DNA of 64,000 nt from an uncultured Chloroflexia bacterium (GTDB taxonomy: Bacteria; Chloroflexota; Limnocylindria; Limnocylindrales; CSP1-4), in the NCBI GenBank assembly GCA_963706695.1, contig CAVPNC010000013.1, forward strand, positions 16,348 to 80,347, written 5' to 3'. This document shows, piece by piece, positions 48,484-57,610 of this stretch. The notes beneath the pieces were generated by a model, which saw only the letters and a list, made by a program, of their open reading frames with translations, did not search any database and had not been told where the DNA came from. Each line of letters opens with the position of its first letter. Position 1 is the first letter of the stretch. A program made the translations under genes and the position numbers.

Positions 48484-48828
48484 CTAGCGCGGCTCGGCAG
48501 AATCCCCGGCCGGCGGCCTTCGCACCACCACCTGTAGCTCTCGCAGGCGCTGTCCGCCGGGCGCGGAGGCGAAGGCCTCGAGGAGCTCGCTGGAGTGAAG
48601 GCGAAGCTCCTGCGCGGTCGGAGCGTCGTCGGCCGAGACGATGAGCAGTGGCGGTCGCACCTCCAACAGGCGTGAGGCACCCGCAGCGGCCGGTACCAGC
48701 TCCTCCACCATTCGCGTCCACGAGGCAAGGCCCCGAGCCGCCTCCAGCTCGTCGTCGAGGCCGAGCTGGGTGGCCAAGCCCGGCAGGAGGTCGCCGAGGC
48801 GGTGGACAGGACGCTTGCGGCTGCTCAC
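48484..48828 (-). CDS. DUF721 (DciA-like) protein
   Basis: RPVHRLGDLLPGLATQLGLDDELEAARGLASW...LLIVSADDAPTAQELRL. The GTG at 48828 overlaps the recF stop (GTGA). Conserved position after recF. Confidence 0.75.
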   Translation of the reverse strand: MSSRKRPVHRLGDLLPGLATQLGLDDELEAARGLASWTRMVEELVPAAAGASRLLEVRPPLLIVSADDAPTAQELRLHSSELLEAFASAPGGQRLRELQVVVRRPPAGDSAEPR

Positions 48829-49955
48829 GAGGCGGGCTCGTCGAGGTCGACGCTGCCCGGTTCCACGTGCCACAGGGTGGAGGCGGAGACGAGCGCCGGG
48901 TCGAGGTCATGGGGTGTGGTCGTGGTCACGATGGTCTGCGGCAGGTCTCCGATGCGACGGACGAGGTGGGCCCGCCGCTCGGGGTCCAGCTCACTGAAGA
49001 CATCGTCGAGCAGCAACAGCGGCGGCTGGCCATCGAGCAACGTGAGCACGTCCAGCTCGGCCAGCTTGAGGGCGAGGATGGCTGTGCGCTGCTGCCCGCG
49101 GGAGGCGAACTCGGTCAGCTGGCGCTCCCCGGAGACGAAGAGGAGATCATCCCGGTGGGGGCCGACGAGCGTGGCGCCGTTCCAGACCTCCTTGTCGACC
49201 GTCTCACGCAGCCGGCGGCGGAGCGCGGCCTCGTTGCCCTCGCCTGGTCCGGGCTCGACGTTGGAACTGTAGCGCAAGCGCAGGTCGGACTCGTCGGGCG
49301 CGATCTCGCGGTGGGCCTCGGCCAGCGGCTGCGCCATGGCCTGCAGCGTCTCGTGGCGCCAGTCGAGGATGCGGGCGCCGTTCTCGATGATGGCCTCCGT
49401 CCAGTACGAGAGCTCGGCGCGATCGGCCTCCTCTTCACGGATCCGACGCAAGAGGGAGTTGCGCTGGGTGAGCGTGCGCTGATAGGTCGACATGACCGCC
49501 GCCGCGGTCGGCTCGCGCTGTGCCACGAGAGCATCGAGCAGGTTCCGCCGCAGCGCGGGCGAGCCCACGATGAGAAGCATGTCCTCGGGCGCAAAGAGCA
49601 CCGTGCGCAGGACGGGCCGGAGGGCGCTGGCGCGCCGGTTCACGCCGTTGACGCGGACACGCTTGCGGGCGCCAGGGCCGGCGCCCCTGGCATGGACCAC
49701 GACCTCCAGCTCCTCGCTGCGTCCACCGCTCTCGACCGTGGCCGCTGAGCGGGCGAAGGCGGCGCCCCAACGCACCATCTCAGGGTCCGCGCTGCTGCGA
49801 TGCGAGCGGCCGGTCGAGAGCAGGACCACGGCTTCGACGAGGTTGGTCTTGCCCGCAGCGTTGCGCCCCACGACCACGTGCGGTCCGTCGCCGAAGACGA
49901 TCTCGAGATGCTCGTAGCTCCGGAACCCATCGAGCCTGAGCGTGCGGACGGGCAT
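48825..49955 (-). CDS. recF: DNA replication and repair protein RecF
   Basis: Walker A GRNAAGKTNLVEA, ASRGQQRT signature and Walker B LLLLDDVFSELD. Confidence 0.95.
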   Translation of the reverse strand: MPVRTLRLDGFRSYEHLEIVFGDGPHVVVGRNAAGKTNLVEAVVLLSTGRSHRSSADPEMVRWGAAFARSAATVESGGRSEELEVVVHARGAGPGARKRVRVNGVNRRASALRPVLRTVLFAPEDMLLIVGSPALRRNLLDALVAQREPTAAAVMSTYQRTLTQRNSLLRRIREEEADRAELSYWTEAIIENGARILDWRHETLQAMAQPLAEAHREIAPDESDLRLRYSSNVEPGPGEGNEAALRRRLRETVDKEVWNGATLVGPHRDDLLFVSGERQLTEFASRGQQRTAILALKLAELDVLTLLDGQPPLLLLDDVFSELDPERRAHLVRRIGDLPQTIVTTTTPHDLDPALVSASTLWHVEPGSVDLDEPAS

Positions 49956-49981
49956 CTAGCGGGCCCTGCCGCGCGGCGCGA

Positions 49982-51103
49982 TCAGGAGGGCGTTCGCACC
50001 GGCATGATCACATGCACGTAGGCGGGGTCGTCCACGGGCTTGAGCACACCGGGGGCCAGCGGGCCACTGAGCTCGACCGCCAGCTGCTCCGCCTCCATGT
50101 TCTGGAGCGCCTCCACCATGTAGCGGGCGTTGAAGGCGATGGTCACGGGGTCACCCTCGAGCTGTGCTTCGACCTGCCCTTCGGCATCGCCGATGTCCGC
50201 CTTGGCGTTGACAGAGATCGACCCGGGATGCTCCTCCTCCCCGAAGCCCAGGCGCACGACGTTGGCCGAGGACGAAGCGATGAGCGCGGTCAGGCGCACG
50301 GCCTTGAGCAGCTCGTCGCGATCGACGAGGGCGCGCGTGCTGTGGGACGTGGGCAGGACGGACTGGTAGTTGGGGAACTGTCCGTCGATGAGCCGGCTCA
50401 CGACCTCCGTGGTGTCGACCTTGAAGATGACCTGACTCTTGGCCTGGGCCAGGATGATGTCGACCGGGTCCTCCGTGTCACCGAGCACGCGCATGAGCTC
50501 GGTATACGAGCGGGCGGGGATGACCACGCTGGTCTCCTCCACCGACTGCATCAGCTCGAGGGTCTTGACCGCGATGCGGTAGTTGTCCGCGGCGGCCAGC
50601 GTCAGGACCTCGCCGGCGAACTGCGTCAGGACGCCGGTCAGGATGGGTCGGGTCTCATCTGCGGCGGCGGCGAAGGTGACCTCCGAGAGGGCGCGCTTGA
50701 GCGCCTTCTGGCTGACCTGCGTGGTGGGCCGGTCGCCGGCACCGGGGATGACCGGGAACTCCTCGGCGTCGATACCGCGGAGGTGGGTCCGGTAGCTGCC
50801 GGCCCGGATGAGGAGCGTGTCTTCGCTCTCCATCTCCAGGTCGACGCGTTCGCCCCCGGGCAGGCCGCTCACGACATCGGTGATGAGGCGAGCGGGCACG
50901 GTCATGGTGCCGTCATTCTCGATCTTGCCCGGGACCCACACGGAGATGCCGATCTCGAGGTTGGTGGCAGTCAGGCGGAGTCCGCCATCCTGCGTCTTCA
51001 GCAGGACGTTGGCGAGAACCGGCAGCGTCGCACGACTGCTGACGGCGCGACTGACGAGGGACAGGCCCCGTGCCAGGTTCTCCTGCATCAAGGACAGCTT
51101 CAC
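49982..51103 (-). CDS. dnaN: DNA polymerase III beta sliding clamp
   Basis: 373 aa with the three-domain clamp pattern (MKLSLMQENL..., LPVLANVLL..., RLIDGQFPNYQSVLP). GTG start. Downstream of dnaA. Confidence 0.95.
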   Translation of the reverse strand: MKLSLMQENLARGLSLVSRAVSSRATLPVLANVLLKTQDGGLRLTATNLEIGISVWVPGKIENDGTMTVPARLITDVVSGLPGGERVDLEMESEDTLLIRAGSYRTHLRGIDAEEFPVIPGAGDRPTTQVSQKALKRALSEVTFAAAADETRPILTGVLTQFAGEVLTLAAADNYRIAVKTLELMQSVEETSVVIPARSYTELMRVLGDTEDPVDIILAQAKSQVIFKVDTTEVVSRLIDGQFPNYQSVLPTSHSTRALVDRDELLKAVRLTALIASSSANVVRLGFGEEEHPGSISVNAKADIGDAEGQVEAQLEGDPVTIAFNARYMVEALQNMEAEQLAVELSGPLAPGVLKPVDDPAYVHVIMPVRTPS

Positions 51104-51518
51104 GAGCGGTCGAGCTCCCTACGAGATGTACATGGGTCGTTCTAATCTTCTCATCTCACAGTCATCTTCATGCTGTGGATTCTGATGATGACCCATGGGC
51201 GCCACGGTGCGCTCACGCTGCACTCGGGCGCTCCGGGCCGGTGGACAACCTGCGCGCGAGACGTGTACGCCCCTCGGGGGTCTGTGGATGACTGCCGCAG
51301 ATACCCACGCACCGCCCCGGTCTACCCACGACCGCCACCCACGGTACCGCGCCCGGCACCACGCTCGGCGGACGGGTTCTCCACAAGGGTTCCCACAGAC
51401 ACCGCTGGCCTCGTGGGCGAGGCGCAAGGTCCGGTACGGGCGCAGTCGCGACCATCACGTGGCCATGGACGGCCACCGCGAGCACCCGGAGTCGGACGGG
51501 GCCCCAGGAGGACGGGGC
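51104..51518. other. candidate oriC (dnaA-dnaN spacer): DnaA-box-like 9-mers plus an AT-rich unwinding patch
   Basis: Boxes: 51240-48 (rc TTGTCCACC), 51283-91 (rc TCATCCACA), 51377-85 (TTCTCCACA), 51174-82 (rc GAATCCACA). AT-rich stretch at 51121-51200. Three ACCCACG repeats at 51303-51343. Gene orientation switches around this locus. Confidence 0.6.
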
Positions 51519-52898
51519 CTAGGAGTCGCTAAAGATGGACTCGCGGACCGCGGCCAGCTCCCGGCGAAGCTCCTCGTTGCGCGCGGCCTCCCGGTCGATC
51601 TTCTTGCAGGCATGCAGCACGGTGGAGTGGTCACGGCCGCCCAGCTCGGCCCCGATGCGCAGCAGCGAGACGTCGGTCTCCTCGCGCATGAGGTACATGG
51701 CGATCTGGCGTGGCACGACCACGGCGCGGTCGCGCTTCTTGCCGCGCAGGGCCTCCATGTCCACGTCGTAGTACTCGGACACCGCGATGGCGATGCGCTC
51801 GGGCGTGACCGCGCGCTTGCGCGGGCTGTAGAGCACGTTGCTGAGCACGGCCTGCGCCATGTCGACGTTGATGGGCATGCCCTGCATGGAGGCGTAGGCC
51901 ACGATGCGGTTGAGCGCACCCTCGAGCTCGCGGATGTTGGAGACGACCTTGCGCGCGATGAACTCCAGGGCCTCGTGGTCGACGCGTACGCCCTGCTCCT
52001 CCGACTTGGTCCGCAGGATGGCGATGCGGGTCTCGAGGTCGGGCGCGGTGAGGTCGGCGATGAGACCCCATTCGAAGCGGCTGCGGAGGCGCTCCTCGAG
52101 CGTCACGATCTGCTTGGGTGGTCGGTCGCTGGAGAGGACGAGCTGCTTGCCGTCCTCGTGGATCGCATTGAAGGTGTGGAAGAACTCCTCCTGCGTGCGC
52201 TCCTTGTCGGCGATGAACTGGATGTCGTCGATGAGCAGGACGTCGATCTGGCGGTAGCGGGCACGGAAGTCGTCGATGCGGCCCTGCTGGATGGAGGTGA
52301 TGAAGTCGTTGGTGAACTTCTCGCTGGTGGCGTAGACGACCTTCTTGCGCGGGAAGCGCTGCACCACGGCATTGCCCACCGCGTGCATCAGGTGTGTCTT
52401 GCCCAGGCCGACGCCCCCGTACAGGAAGAGCGGGTTGTAGGCCTCGCCGGGTCGCTCCGCCACTGACAGGCTGGCCGCATGCGCGAGGCGGTTCGCGCTC
52501 CCGACGATGAAGGTGCGGAAGGTGTAGCGGGAGTTGAGGTTGACACCGCCTCCCCCGGTCGCGCCGACGCGTCCGGGCTCCAGGCGGACCTTGGGGCTGT
52601 CCGCTCGAGCCGCCTCCTCCTGCGACTCCACCTCGAGCGGCGCCTCCTGGTCAAGCTCGCGAACCACGAACTCCACGTTCACGCTGTAGCCGACCACGCG
52701 CGCCAGGGTCTGGGCGATCAACGAGCGGTAGCGGTTCTCCAGCCAATCCTTCGCGAACCCGTTCGGTGCGGCGACGCGAAAGCGGTCCTCGTCCACATCG
52801 ACGAGCTGCGTGTCCTTCAGCCAGGTCTCGTAGTTGGCCGGGGACAGCGATACCTGAAGCTCACCGAGGGCGGCTCTCCAGACCTGTTTCGCGTCCAT
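51519..52898 (-). CDS. dnaA: chromosomal replication initiator DnaA
   Basis: Walker [19 protein letters not shown] and the C-terminal DNA-binding domain ...[16 protein letters not shown]. The ATG at 52898 (MDAKQVW) is preferred; the track start at 52907 is a TTG three codons upstream. Confidence 0.95.
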   Translation of the reverse strand: MDAKQVWRAALGELQVSLSPANYETWLKDTQLVDVDEDRFRVAAPNGFAKDWLENRYRSLIAQTLARVVGYSVNVEFVVRELDQEAPLEVESQEEAARADSPKVRLEPGRVGATGGGGVNLNSRYTFRTFIVGSANRLAHAASLSVAERPGEAYNPLFLYGGVGLGKTHLMHAVGNAVVQRFPRKKVVYATSEKFTNDFITSIQQGRIDDFRARYRQIDVLLIDDIQFIADKERTQEEFFHTFNAIHEDGKQLVLSSDRPPKQIVTLEERLRSRFEWGLIADLTAPDLETRIAILRTKSEEQGVRVDHEALEFIARKVVSNIRELEGALNRIVAYASMQGMPINVDMAQAVLSNVLYSPRKRAVTPERIAIAVSEYYDVDMEALRGKKRDRAVVVPRQIAMYLMREETDVSLLRIGAELGGRDHSTVLHACKKIDREAARNEELRRELAAVRESIFSDS

Positions 52899-53303
52899 CG
52901 ATGGCAACGTGACCCGTACTACAGCGACCTATCCGCGCGTCCTCTCGGAGTGACGTCCCGACACCCAGGGCAGAGGCGCGATCGACATCCCATCGGAGGA
53001 ACCGGGCCGACCCCCCTCGGGCCGTCACGACGGTGGCTCCAGCTTGGGTTTCCGGCACCTGCTCTCGGGGGCCGGGGCGCCAAACCTTAGCACCGGGTTT
53101 CGGGACTGCGCAACGTCTGTCTGATATACCCCCAGGGAGTATTCCCTCCCCCGCGTGCCTCGCCACGCCGCAGGGTGCCGAGCGGCCGTCCGGGACGCGC
53201 TGTTGCGGGCCCACGCGGGCCGGCGAGTGGTGGCCGAACGCACCACCTGAGGGTACTGGGGACACCAGCCGGACCGCTCCGAACCGCACCCCACCACCCC
53301 GCA

Positions 53304-53684
53304 CTACCCGATCCGCTGCCCGGGCTCGGCACGCTCGTCCACGCTGAGCAGGGGGACCTCGCCCTCGGGCGCAAGCGCACCCAGCACCAGCACCTCGCTA
53401 CGAACGCTGCCCACCTGTCGAGGGGGCAGGTTGACCACCGCCACCACGAGGCGGCCGACCAGGGCCTCGGGGTTGGGGTACGTGCGCGTGAGCTGGGCCG
53501 AGGACCGCTTGCGGCCACCGGGGCCGAAGTCGATCTCGAGCCGGTAGGCAGGTCGGCGGGCACCCTCGAGCGTCCGCGCCGAGACGATGCGGCCGACGCG
53601 CAGGTCCAGGGCCTCGAAGTCCGCGAGGGTGGCACTTCCCGGCTCGAGCAGGCGCGGCACCGCGGCCGGCAGATCTGGTGACAT
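53304..53684 (-). CDS. tRNA-binding domain protein (CsaA/YgjH-like)
   Basis: FEALDLRVGRIVSA...RPAYRLEIDFG...QLT.....LVGRLVVAVVNLPPRQV OB-fold tRNA-binding pattern. ATG at 53684 with a GGAGGA SD. The upstream part of the 244-aa track ORF overlaps rpmH and is rejected. Confidence 0.78.
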   Translation of the reverse strand: MSPDLPAAVPRLLEPGSATLADFEALDLRVGRIVSARTLEGARRPAYRLEIDFGPGGRKRSSAQLTRTYPNPEALVGRLVVAVVNLPPRQVGSVRSEVLVLGALAPEGEVPLLSVDERAEPGQRIG

Positions 53685-53717
53685 CTCGATTCCTCCCGGT
53701 ATCGGGTGAGGCTCGCG

Positions 53718-53723
53718 TATAAT
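53718..53723 (+). promoter_or_regulatory. perfect TATAAT -10 hexamer upstream of rpmH (candidate promoter)
   Basis: cgcgTATAATccg sits about 145 nt upstream of the rpmH GTG. There is no good -35. A DnaA-box-like ACATCCACA lies at 53797-53805. Confidence 0.3.
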
Positions 53724-53865
53724 CCGCTCGACATCGATGCGCATCGGTGCCGGGACGGCCACAAGTGGTCTACCGCATCGCGGGGACGTATCGCTCACAT
53801 CCACATCGGCAGGCCGGTCCACGAATGATGGTCCTGACCGTCTGCCCGAAGGAGCCCAGACCCCA

Positions 53866-54003
53866 GTGACGAAGCAAACGTACCAGCCCAAGAAGCGCCA
53901 TCGCGCCAAGGAACACGGCTTCCGCAAGCGCATGAAGACCCGCAGTGGCCGCAAGGTGCTCGCCACCCGGCGGGCGCGTGGCCGCAAGAAGCTCACCGCC
54001 TGA
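53866..54003 (+). CDS. rpmH: 50S ribosomal protein L34
   Basis: (V)[47 protein letters not shown] start with a GAAGGAG SD. Confidence 0.95.
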   Translation: MTKQTYQPKKRHRAKEHGFRKRMKTRSGRKVLATRRARGRKKLTA

Positions 54004-54028
54004 GCGCCGGCTGACCCGGAAGGGGGCC

Positions 54029-54367
54029 GTGCCGACACTCCGTGCTCGCGAGGACTTCGCGCTCATCAGCGAGAAGGGCCGCACGCGCTCGGACCGACTC
54101 ATGGTCGTCCGCTTCGTACCCAATGGCCGCGATCACGACCGCTATGGCATCTCGACTGGACGCCACCTTGGAGGGGCCGTCCAGCGTAATCGTGTGCGCC
54201 GGCGCGTCCGCGAGATCCTGCGCCGCGTCCCCAACGAGACCGGCCACGGCTGGGACATCCTCGTGATCGTGCGCCCGCCGGCCGTCGGTGCCTCGTTCGA
54301 CGATCTCCGCTCCGCGCTCGAGCGGCTCCTCGGCCTGGTCCGTCGTTCGGTGAAGGCCACTTCGTGA
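54029..54367 (+). CDS. rnpA: RNase P protein component
   Basis: LRAREDFALI..., basic RNR motif AVQRNRVRRRVREILR. Follows rpmH. GTG at 54029. Confidence 0.9.
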   Translation: MPTLRAREDFALISEKGRTRSDRLMVVRFVPNGRDHDRYGISTGRHLGGAVQRNRVRRRVREILRRVPNETGHGWDILVIVRPPAVGASFDDLRSALERLLGLVRRSVKATS

Positions 54368-54594
54368 ACTCCCTCAGCCGTGCCGGCCGACGTATCGGCA
54401 TCGGCTTCATCCACGCCTACCGCAAGGTGCTTTCCCCGCTCTTCGCCGGTTCGTGTCGATATGAACCCTCCTGTTCGATGTACACCGAGCAGGCCATCAA
54501 CAAGTACGGGCTGCTGAAGGGCAGCTGGATGGGTGCCAAGCGCATCGCCAGCTGCGGCCCCTGGCGTCCCGGCGGCTATGACCCGGTGAAGTGA
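54364..54594 (+). CDS. yidD: membrane protein insertion efficiency factor YidD
   Basis: YRKVLSPL..GSCRYEPSCSMYTEQAI...GAKRIASCGPWRPGGYDPV. Confidence 0.93.
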   Translation: MNSLSRAGRRIGIGFIHAYRKVLSPLFAGSCRYEPSCSMYTEQAINKYGLLKGSWMGAKRIASCGPWRPGGYDPVK

Positions 54595-56075
54595 TGAACA
54601 TCCGCTCCGCGCTCGCAGCGCCCTTCCGCCTGTCCTTCCTTGACCTCATGGCCGCGGTGGCCATCGCCATCCTCGCGTTCGGCATGGCCATCGGCCCGGT
54701 CATGGGGCAGGACGCCAGCCCTTCGACGCAGCCCTCGGCCAGCATCGAGGCCAGCGCCGAGACCACGCCCGACGCCGAGACCACGCCCGACGCGGAGACC
54801 ACGCCCGACGCGGAGACCACGCCCGACGCGGAGACCACGCCCGACGCGCAGGCCAGCGTCGAGCCGTCGGCCTCGCTCGACCCGGAGGGATCCGCGGCAC
54901 CGGATGCGGAGGCGGAGACGGACCCGTGCGCGCCCGCGGCCACGCAGGACCCCAACGTCTCGCCTGACCCGGACGCTACCGATGCCCCACCGGAGAACCT
55001 CTGCCCGGCGCAGCCCAGCAGCAATCCCCTGGACCTGCTGGCCTGGCTCTTCACGCCCATCTTCCAGATCATCTTCATCGGCCTCGCCGAGATCTACGAC
55101 ATCACCGGTGACATCGGCATCAGCATCATCCTGCTGACGATCATCATCCGCATCCTGCTCATCCCGGTGTTCCGCGCGCAGATCGTGTCGCAGCGGCGGA
55201 TGCAGATGCTGCAGCCGGAGCTGCGGGCCATCCAGGCCAAGTACAAGGGCGACCGCCAGAAGATCTCCGAAGAGCAGATGAAGCTGTACAAGGACCGTGG
55301 CGTGAACCCGGCCTCCGGCTGCCTGCCTGCGGTGCTGCAGCTCTTCCTGCTGCTGCCCATGTACCAGGTCTTCATGCGCGGCCTGAACGCCCCGGACATC
55401 ACCTCGATGCTGAGCGTCAAGATCCCCTTCACCGACACCGAGGTCCAGGTCGTGGACGTCGCCTGCTACAACCCGACGGACCCGTACGCGCCCTGCATCA
55501 ACCCTGATATCCCCTGGCTGGCCTGGCTGCCCAAGATCGACAACGGCCTCGTGTTCCCCGGCTATCCCGGCGGCCTGCCCGCGAACGAGCCGGAGATCTT
55601 CATCATGGTCTTCGGCGGCCTTGGCCTCGGCCTCTCGCTGCTGGCCCTGGTGTCGGCCGCGGTGCAGCTCGTCCAGTCGCGGATGATGATGAACCGCAAC
55701 ATCGCCCCGGGCGACACCACCGCCAGCACCACCAACCGCATGATGCTGCTGCTGCCGCTGTTCTCGATCGTCTACGGCGCGATCCTGCCGGCGGGTCTGT
55801 TCATCTACTGGATCACGACCTCGGTCTTCAGCGTCGTGCAGCAGTTCCTGATCAACGGCTTCGGCGGCCTCTTCCCGCTCTTTGGCTGGACCCCGCGTTT
55901 CGCAAGGGACTTCGAGGCGCCGTTCCCGGTGAGCATGCCGCAGCCCAAGCCCGCTGATCCTGCCAAGGACAGTGGCCAGTCCACCACGACCACCAAGCGC
56001 TCCGCCAAGGAGAGCGCCGCGGGAACCATCAAGCCGGCACGGCGTCGCAGCCGTCGCCGAGGGAGACGACGATGA
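54591..56075 (+). CDS. yidC: membrane protein insertase YidC with an acidic repeat-containing N-terminal region
   Basis: Insertase core QIVSQRRMQMLQPELRAIQAKYKGD...NPASGCLPAVLQLFLLLPMY. The N-terminal TM is followed by an (ETTPDA)x5 repeat. Basic C-tail RRRSRRRGRRR. Confidence 0.92.
   Translation: MMNIRSALAAPFRLSFLDLMAAVAIAILAFGMAIGPVMGQDASPSTQPSASIEASAETTPDAETTPDAETTPDAETTPDAETTPDAQASVEPSASLDPEGSAAPDAEAETDPCAPAATQDPNVSPDPDATDAPPENLCPAQPSSNPLDLLAWLFTPIFQIIFIGLAEIYDITGDIGISIILLTIIIRILLIPVFRAQIVSQRRMQMLQPELRAIQAKYKGDRQKISEEQMKLYKDRGVNPASGCLPAVLQLFLLLPMYQVFMRGLNAPDITSMLSVKIPFTDTEVQVVDVACYNPTDPYAPCINPDIPWLAWLPKIDNGLVFPGYPGGLPANEPEIFIMVFGGLGLGLSLLALVSAAVQLVQSRMMMNRNIAPGDTTASTTNRMMLLLPLFSIVYGAILPAGLFIYWITTSVFSVVQQFLINGFGGLFPLFGWTPRFARDFEAPFPVSMPQPKPADPAKDSGQSTTTTKRSAKESAAGTIKPARRRSRRRGRRR
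54759..54848 (+). repeat. tandem 18-bp repeat x5 (gagaccacgcccgacgcS) inside yidC, encoding (ETTPDA)5
   Basis: Five head-to-tail copies. Copies 2-5 are identical and copy 1 differs at its last base. Confidence 0.95.
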
Positions 56076-57022
56076 GCGAATACCAGGAGTTCACGGGCAA
56101 GACCGTCGAGGAGGCGCTGAAGAACGCGCGTGAGGAGTTCGGGGTCAGCGGGCTCTCGGACCTCGACTTCGAGATCTTGACCCAGGGCAGCCGAGGCGTG
56201 CTGGGCATGGGCGCAGAGCCCGCCCGCATCATCGCGGCTCCCAAGTCGGCGCTCGGTGGCGCCACGCCCAGGAAGGAAGTGGCCCAGAAGGCCGCACCGC
56301 CGGTCGAGGCCGCACCCGCGGTCGAGGCCGCACCACCGGTCGAGCCTGCCCCGCGCCCGGACGACGGCCCCTCCGAGCCCAGGCCACGTCGGCGCCGCGA
56401 GCGCGACGGCGAGGGCGGCGAGCGCAAGCGTGGTCGCAGCAGCAGCCGGGGCAAGGAGACCTCCAAGGTCGGCGATGCTGCCACGGCGGAGGTCGCGGCC
56501 GCGGTCGCGGCCGGCTCGTCGGCCAAGGCCAAGCCTGAGCCCAGTGACGACGAGATCACTCCGGAGGCCCTGGAGGCAGGCAAGGAGATCCTCGAGCAGC
56601 TGGTCGAGATGATGGGCTACGACGCCGCCGTGGAGGTGACCACCGGCGCCACCGCCAAGCTGACCGTCTATGGCGCTGACGAGGAGGAGAAGGAAGCCCT
56701 GGGCGCGCTGATCGGCCGCAAGGGCGAGCGCCTCTCCGCGCTGCAGCACCTCGTGAACCTCATGCTCAGCCGCAAGATGGGCACCTGGACACGCGTGCTC
56801 GTGGACGTCGAGGACTACCGCGGTCGCCGGGAGCAGCAGCTGGTGGAGGTGGCCACCCGTGCTGCCGAGCGCGTCTCCGAGACCGGTCAGATGCTGCAGC
56901 TCGAGCCCATGTCCGCGCTCGAGCGCCGCTGGGTCCACATCGCCCTGCGTGATGTGGACGGCGTTACCACGCAGTCCATCGGCGAGGAGCCGATGCGGCG
57001 GGTGGTGGTCATCAAGGCCTAG
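56072..57022 (+). CDS. jag: Jag/KhpB-like RNA-binding protein (Jag_N + KH + R3H)
   Basis: N-terminus EFTGKTVEEALKNAREEFG, a low-complexity PVEAAP linker, KH-like GRKGERLSALQHLVN and R3H LEPMSALERRWVHIAL. Follows yidC. Confidence 0.88.
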   Translation: MSEYQEFTGKTVEEALKNAREEFGVSGLSDLDFEILTQGSRGVLGMGAEPARIIAAPKSALGGATPRKEVAQKAAPPVEAAPAVEAAPPVEPAPRPDDGPSEPRPRRRRERDGEGGERKRGRSSSRGKETSKVGDAATAEVAAAVAAGSSAKAKPEPSDDEITPEALEAGKEILEQLVEMMGYDAAVEVTTGATAKLTVYGADEEEKEALGALIGRKGERLSALQHLVNLMLSRKMGTWTRVLVDVEDYRGRREQQLVEVATRAAERVSETGQMLQLEPMSALERRWVHIALRDVDGVTTQSIGEEPMRRVVVIKA

Positions 57023-57060
57023 CGCGCAGCCCCAGGGGCCCCGGCGCCCGCATCCAAGAC

Positions 57061-57084
57061 GACCCCGTCAGTGCTGACGGGGTC
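57061..57084. terminator. perfect 10-bp stem hairpin between convergent jag and ssrA (bidirectional terminator candidate)
   Basis: GACCCCGTCA-gtgc-TGACGGGGTC. It lies 39 nt after the jag stop and 18 nt beyond the tmRNA 3' CCA. Confidence 0.6.
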
Positions 57085-57101
57085 GTGCTGTGTCTGCGAG
57101 T

Positions 57102-57477
57102 TGGTGGAGATGGGGGAGAGTCGAACTCCCCGTCCAGAACCTTCTGCCGAAGACCACTACGAGCGTATCCGATGATTTGTCGTCGACCTGCCGTCCCGGC
57201 ATCGGCACCGTGGCGTCAGGTCCAGTCACGTCCCCTTTCGGGCTTGACTCCGGGCTACGTGACGCTTACCTGGAGCGCATCCCCGCTGAATGATGCTTCC
57301 ACAGCCCGCGGGGACGAGACTGCTTCCACACTCACCTTACGGCCTAGGCCGCGAGGGCGAGAGTCGGCTGGCGGTTGTTGCCAGTTACTTCGTTTTTGCC
57401 ACCTGATTAACGAGGCCCGATGGCAACCTCGACTCGCGTTCTTCGGGGTTCGGGCCCTGTCGAGACCACGCATCCCC
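57102..57477 (-). ncRNA. ssrA: tmRNA (SsrA)
   Basis: The minus strand reads 5' GGGGAUGCGUGGUCUCGAC... and 3' ...GGGAGUUCGACUCUCCCCCAUCUCCACCA. The acceptor stem carries G3:U. The internal tag frame GGC AAA AAC GAA GUA ACU GGC AAC AAC CGC CAG CCG ACU CUC GCC CUC GCG GCC UAG encodes (G)KNEVTGNNRQPTLALAA*. Confidence 0.95.
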
Positions 57478-57610
57478 ATGGACCACATAGTGTAATCCGG
57501 CGGAGGGAGCCGCGCCAGTGGCATTCCCGTGCGACAAGCCAGTCCGACGCGCCTCGTCCGGCTCGAGCGTCGGGTCTGCCTGGGCCTCGGGCCATCCGGC
57601 CGCCGGTCGG

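Noticed and set aside
46075-52466. Long plus-strand ORFs antisense to the pseudo-PP2C gene, recF, dnaN and dnaA (46075..47703, 48648..49748, 50012..51145, 51195..52466).
   Set aside because: They are shadow ORFs opposite genes with clear signatures. In addition, 51195.. would run through the non-coding oriC spacer.
53685-54038. Upstream 118 codons of the 244-aa minus ORF 53304..54038, which would make a much larger CsaA-like protein.
   Set aside because: This part overlaps rpmH and its promoter on the other strand and is Arg/Pro-rich. A GGAGGA SD plus the ATG at 53684 gives a standard-size tRNA-binding domain protein.
54759-54848. Regularly spaced direct repeats, considered as a possible CRISPR array.
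   Set aside because: The repeats are contiguous 18-mers with no spacers, in frame within yidC. This is a coding tandem repeat.
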